Below, piece by piece: positions 60,399 through 64,000 of a stretch of DNA of 64,000 bases. The position numbers and the translations under genes were made by a program. Numbering within the stretch: the stretch's first letter is position 1; every line of letters starts with the position of its first letter. The notes under the pieces were generated by a model. That model made no database searches. It worked only from the letters and a program-made list of their open reading frames with translations, and was not told where the DNA came from. Origin of the DNA: Eledone cirrhosa (Eukaryota); contig OZ024740.1 of the NCBI GenBank assembly GCA_964016885.1, forward strand, positions 397,048,001 to 397,112,000. The letters are read 5' to 3'.

Positions 60399-61199
60399 TG
60401 TATATAATCTTACAATTTGTAAAAAATTGGTATGAAAAGAGACTGAGTAAAATGGAAAGAAATAGCTGTATATATTTGTTTTGAACTGTTGTTATTTTCA
60501 TTGTTCAGTGGCATGGTTTTTGTAAATTTTTATATTTCAGGAGCAATTATTTTAAAGCTGAGTGCTTTGATCACTACTAATCACTAAGCTAGGAAATAAG
60601 TGCTGAATCCTGAAACAGCCAGAAATAAGTTAAGGCAAGCATTATGCTTTGCACAAGATTCCATTTCTATGGTGGCAATATTTGAAGCTACAGTCATATG
60701 GAAAATAGCCCAACACCTCACTATTCACAGTGCCTCAATATCATAAATTCATGAAATATAGTGGTGGCTCACAAACTGTGGTTCCGTTGTGAGAAGGGTT
60801 CAGCGTGGCCAACTGGCCTGTTCCTCCTCATAGTGGTACCATCCTGTTCCAGTCTGCCAATGTAGTTGCAGCACCCAAAATATGGTTTCACTGTGAGAAG
60901 GGTTCGGCATGTCCCTCCTCATAGCTGTGCCAACCAGTTCCAGGCTGATGATGATAGCTTTAAAAAACTTTCGAGATTGGAGGTACAATATATTGTTGAT
61001 TATCTACTAACTATGACTAAGACATTTCAGTAAATGGAGGCTATAGAAAGATTCAATAACAAACTTTTAGCTACTTTATAATTGCCCTTGGTTTTTACCT
61101 GTTTTTATCTTATTTATACTTCTCTTGCCTCCCTTAGCCTGTCATCACTTACTAGTTCTATATGAACATTTAAATTGATTAAAGAAATACATATACATG

Positions 61200-61513
61200 A
61201 TACAAGCCGAAGCTGAAGCATACAGACAATATGCCCCCACCTCCTCCTACTGCAAAGTGGTGATGGAGGTGCCATGGCAAAAAAGCACCCAACCCACACT
61301 GTAAAGTGGTCGTGTAGGTGCCACAGAAAAAAAAGCACCCAGCATTCACTCTAATGAGGTTGGTGTTAGGAAGGGCATCCAGCTGTAGAAACCATGCCAA
61401 AATCAGTTCCCATATGAGCAAGACAAGGTCAGCCGACTGGATACTGCCCACAACAGGAAAACCCGTCTAACCCATGCTAGTGTGGAAGAATGGACATAAA
61501 ACGATGATGATGA
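61200..61513 (+). mobile_element. RTE 3'UTR fragment
   Basis: Close reverse-complement match to 909-1215; (GAT)n tail. Confidence 0.88.
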
Positions 61514-61554
61514 TAAACTCATTTCCACAAGCACACACACATATATATGTATAT

Positions 61555-61850
61555 GTAAGGTGTACCTCAATGGTTAGGTTATTTCACAGACTATCATAAG
61601 TTTGATTCTTGGAGACATGCTGTGTCCTTGAGCATGACAGTTTATTTCACATTGCTCCAGTCTACTCAGTAATTAAAACAGCACATGTAATTGAAACAGC
61701 CAATCTAATCACACACTGTGTCATGCTGCATTCTGCTGAGAATTGCATTAAGGGCACACATGTCAGTGGATTGCTAAACCATTTGCATGTTCATTTCTTG
61801 AGCAGGTTATTCCATTGATCAAGCAACTGGAATACTCACTGGTGGATTTG
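61555..61850 (+). mobile_element. Degenerate tRNA-derived SINE
   Basis: ctcaatggttagg head and the tgtgtccttgagc..tttcacattgctccagtctactcag block. Confidence 0.55.
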
Positions 61851-63084
61851 GTGTACGGTCTAACACTCTCTCTCACACACACACACATATATACATACAC
61901 TCACATATATATTAATATATATACAAACACAAACATATGCATATATGTAAACATACATCAGTATATGTAGGTTTTGAATACAATATGTACATTTACAGAC
62001 ATATAATATTTGGTATCATCTAACATTGAACTGAAAATAAAGATCAAAGTAGAAAGAACACAATTTCAAATTATTTTTACAATCCTTAAAAGCAATGATA
62101 ATTAAATTATTCAAGTTAATAAAGTTTTATTAAAAATATTTGATATTCAACATGTTAACATGCAAACTCATATTTAAAGTATAGATATGCTTTTTTGTGT
62201 TATATGTATTTCATTGTTATGTGCCATGCATATGAATTAAGTCAATAATCTACTTTCAATTTGTTGTTGAATCCAACTTATGCTACTAACGCCCCTAGGA
62301 AAGACATGAATATTAAACAATCTGAAACTTTTTTCACAGTAAAATCATGATCATGTCTTTATATCATTGAGCTTATCATTTTTTTTTAATTCTTTCATAG
62401 CAAATATCTTCTGGAAGACAGCTTTAGACAAAGAACACTAATTTTTTGAGTGACTACATAATTTCAATATATTTGCTTTTAGGTTTTTTATCTTCTTTCC
62501 TATTCAATTATATATATCACTAAAACATACAATTTGTATTGAGAATCTCTTATTGCGAACTGCTTGTTTTGAATTTAACAGATTTGGGACTCAAACATAA
62601 TAACTATCTTTGATATATAGGTAGCAAACAAATAGAAATAGCAGAATATTCAACAAAATATCAGTATTAAATTTCATCTTTCCTGGGTTCAATTTTATGT
62701 TTCATCTCTTTAAGGTCAATAAGACTTAGTAATATTTTGGAGTTGACCCAATGAATTATGTACTATTTGCTGGCTAGCCAAATAAATATATATTTCACTG
62801 ATGCATCTAGAAACTGCATTTTACACCAAAACATTGTCTTCTTTTTTCTATACTGCTCTCTAAGAATATTCTGTCAACAAGTAGGCTTGCCACAGTTTAT
62901 GATACCCAAGGATTTTTAATAATAGCCAGTACATGTTCTCTTAATAATTAATTTGCAGTACAAAGCACACATCCTCTCATGTGTTTGGAAAGGGCAAAGG
63001 GAAAACCCTCCAGTGTTTACTTTACTGTATAATAAAATGACAGAAAATGTTCAGTCGTATCACAGTTTCTATTATGTTACAGTC

Positions 63085-63535
63085 ATTGTTGGTGCTGCCC
63101 ATAAAATCTGTCCAGTGTTTCTTTCCTGAGACATTTTAACCACATGCCCATAATATCTTCTCCAGCAGCCTTACCACATTCGAGCTCTTTAACTGCTCTT
63201 GTGACCTCAGCCTCAGAGAGATTAGTCACCGCTCCCAGATGCACCTCATGTACATCCAAAGATGCTGTTGTGATTGAGTTTAGGAGATCAACAAAATATT
63301 CTCTCCACCTTGTGAGAATGTACCTCTCTGTAGAGAGGAGAACCCCAGGCACGTTCTTGATAGTAGGTGTGGAGGAGGGTTTTTTAAAATTAAAATTTGG
63401 CAGATTGTCTGCCAGAACACTTTATTTGTTGATCTGAAGTCAGATTCCAGCTTAACCTGAAAGTCTTCCTATGTCTTAACTTTGGATGCCTTTACTATCT
63501 TTGCTGTGATTCATCATACCTGCTTGTACTGCAAG
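63085..63535 (-). mobile_element. Internally deleted RTE-like LINE remnant
   Basis: RWREYFVDLLN...EVTRAVKEL..GKAAGED is fused directly to YGHVVKMSQE-type C-terminal sequence, homologous to ~44972-45035. Confidence 0.75.
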
Positions 63536-64000
63536 TGCAATCAGCGTTGATAAAATAAATAGCTGAATGCCCTACTTAATGTTCACAACTATACAGCTTA
63601 TAAATCTCATTATACAATATTGTAAATTATAATGTTTATCTCACCAAAACATTCTTATGACTATAAAAATGCATTAATATTAATTACAACTTGAAATTAC
63701 AGAATATATTTATGGTAGCCATTGAACAGTATTTTTAATGGGAAAATAAATCAATTTTTTACGAAATTATTTTTTTCACATAAGGCTTCAAATTTATATG
63801 AAAAATAAATATATCTATATCAAAGTGACGTGCAAACATTGTTAGGATATTAGAAATACATGTGAAGTGGTGTAAGTTCAATTAAGTGGGGTGTAGATTT
63901 AATTTGTACATCATATTTTTTTCTAATTATGAAGTTATGATCTCATTATATTAGTCTGTTATTTCAATAGTAAAAGAGGCAAATTGAATGTCGTCGTTTA

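Overview
AT-rich, repeat-dense eukaryotic DNA, intergenic or intronic. I found no supportable host protein-coding gene, rRNA, tRNA gene or CRISPR array. The repeat repertoire ((GAT)n-tailed RTE LINEs, tRNA-head SINEs, abundant (TA)n) resembles a coleoid cephalopod such as an octopus; that is inference, not a database result. Contents: (1) several copies, from about three subfamilies, of an RTE-clade LINE with a complete C4HC3 PHD-type zinc finger inside the reverse transcriptase, one with an uninterrupted 912-codon frame; (2) ordinary RTE, CR1-like and R4/Dong-like LINE remnants, one with a twin-priming-type 5' inversion; (3) a Chapaev3-type DNA transposon with TTA target duplications, plus piggyBac-type and hAT-type MITEs; (4) a 5.4-kb G/T-rich two-phase minisatellite and a 46-bp tandem array; (5) six mutually dissimilar elements set in (TA)n, five of them palindromic, several carrying hammerhead-ribozyme cores or half-cores, best read as Penelope-like pseudo-LTR ends. 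The PHD-in-RT LINE and the hammerhead fold-back elements are the most interesting signals.
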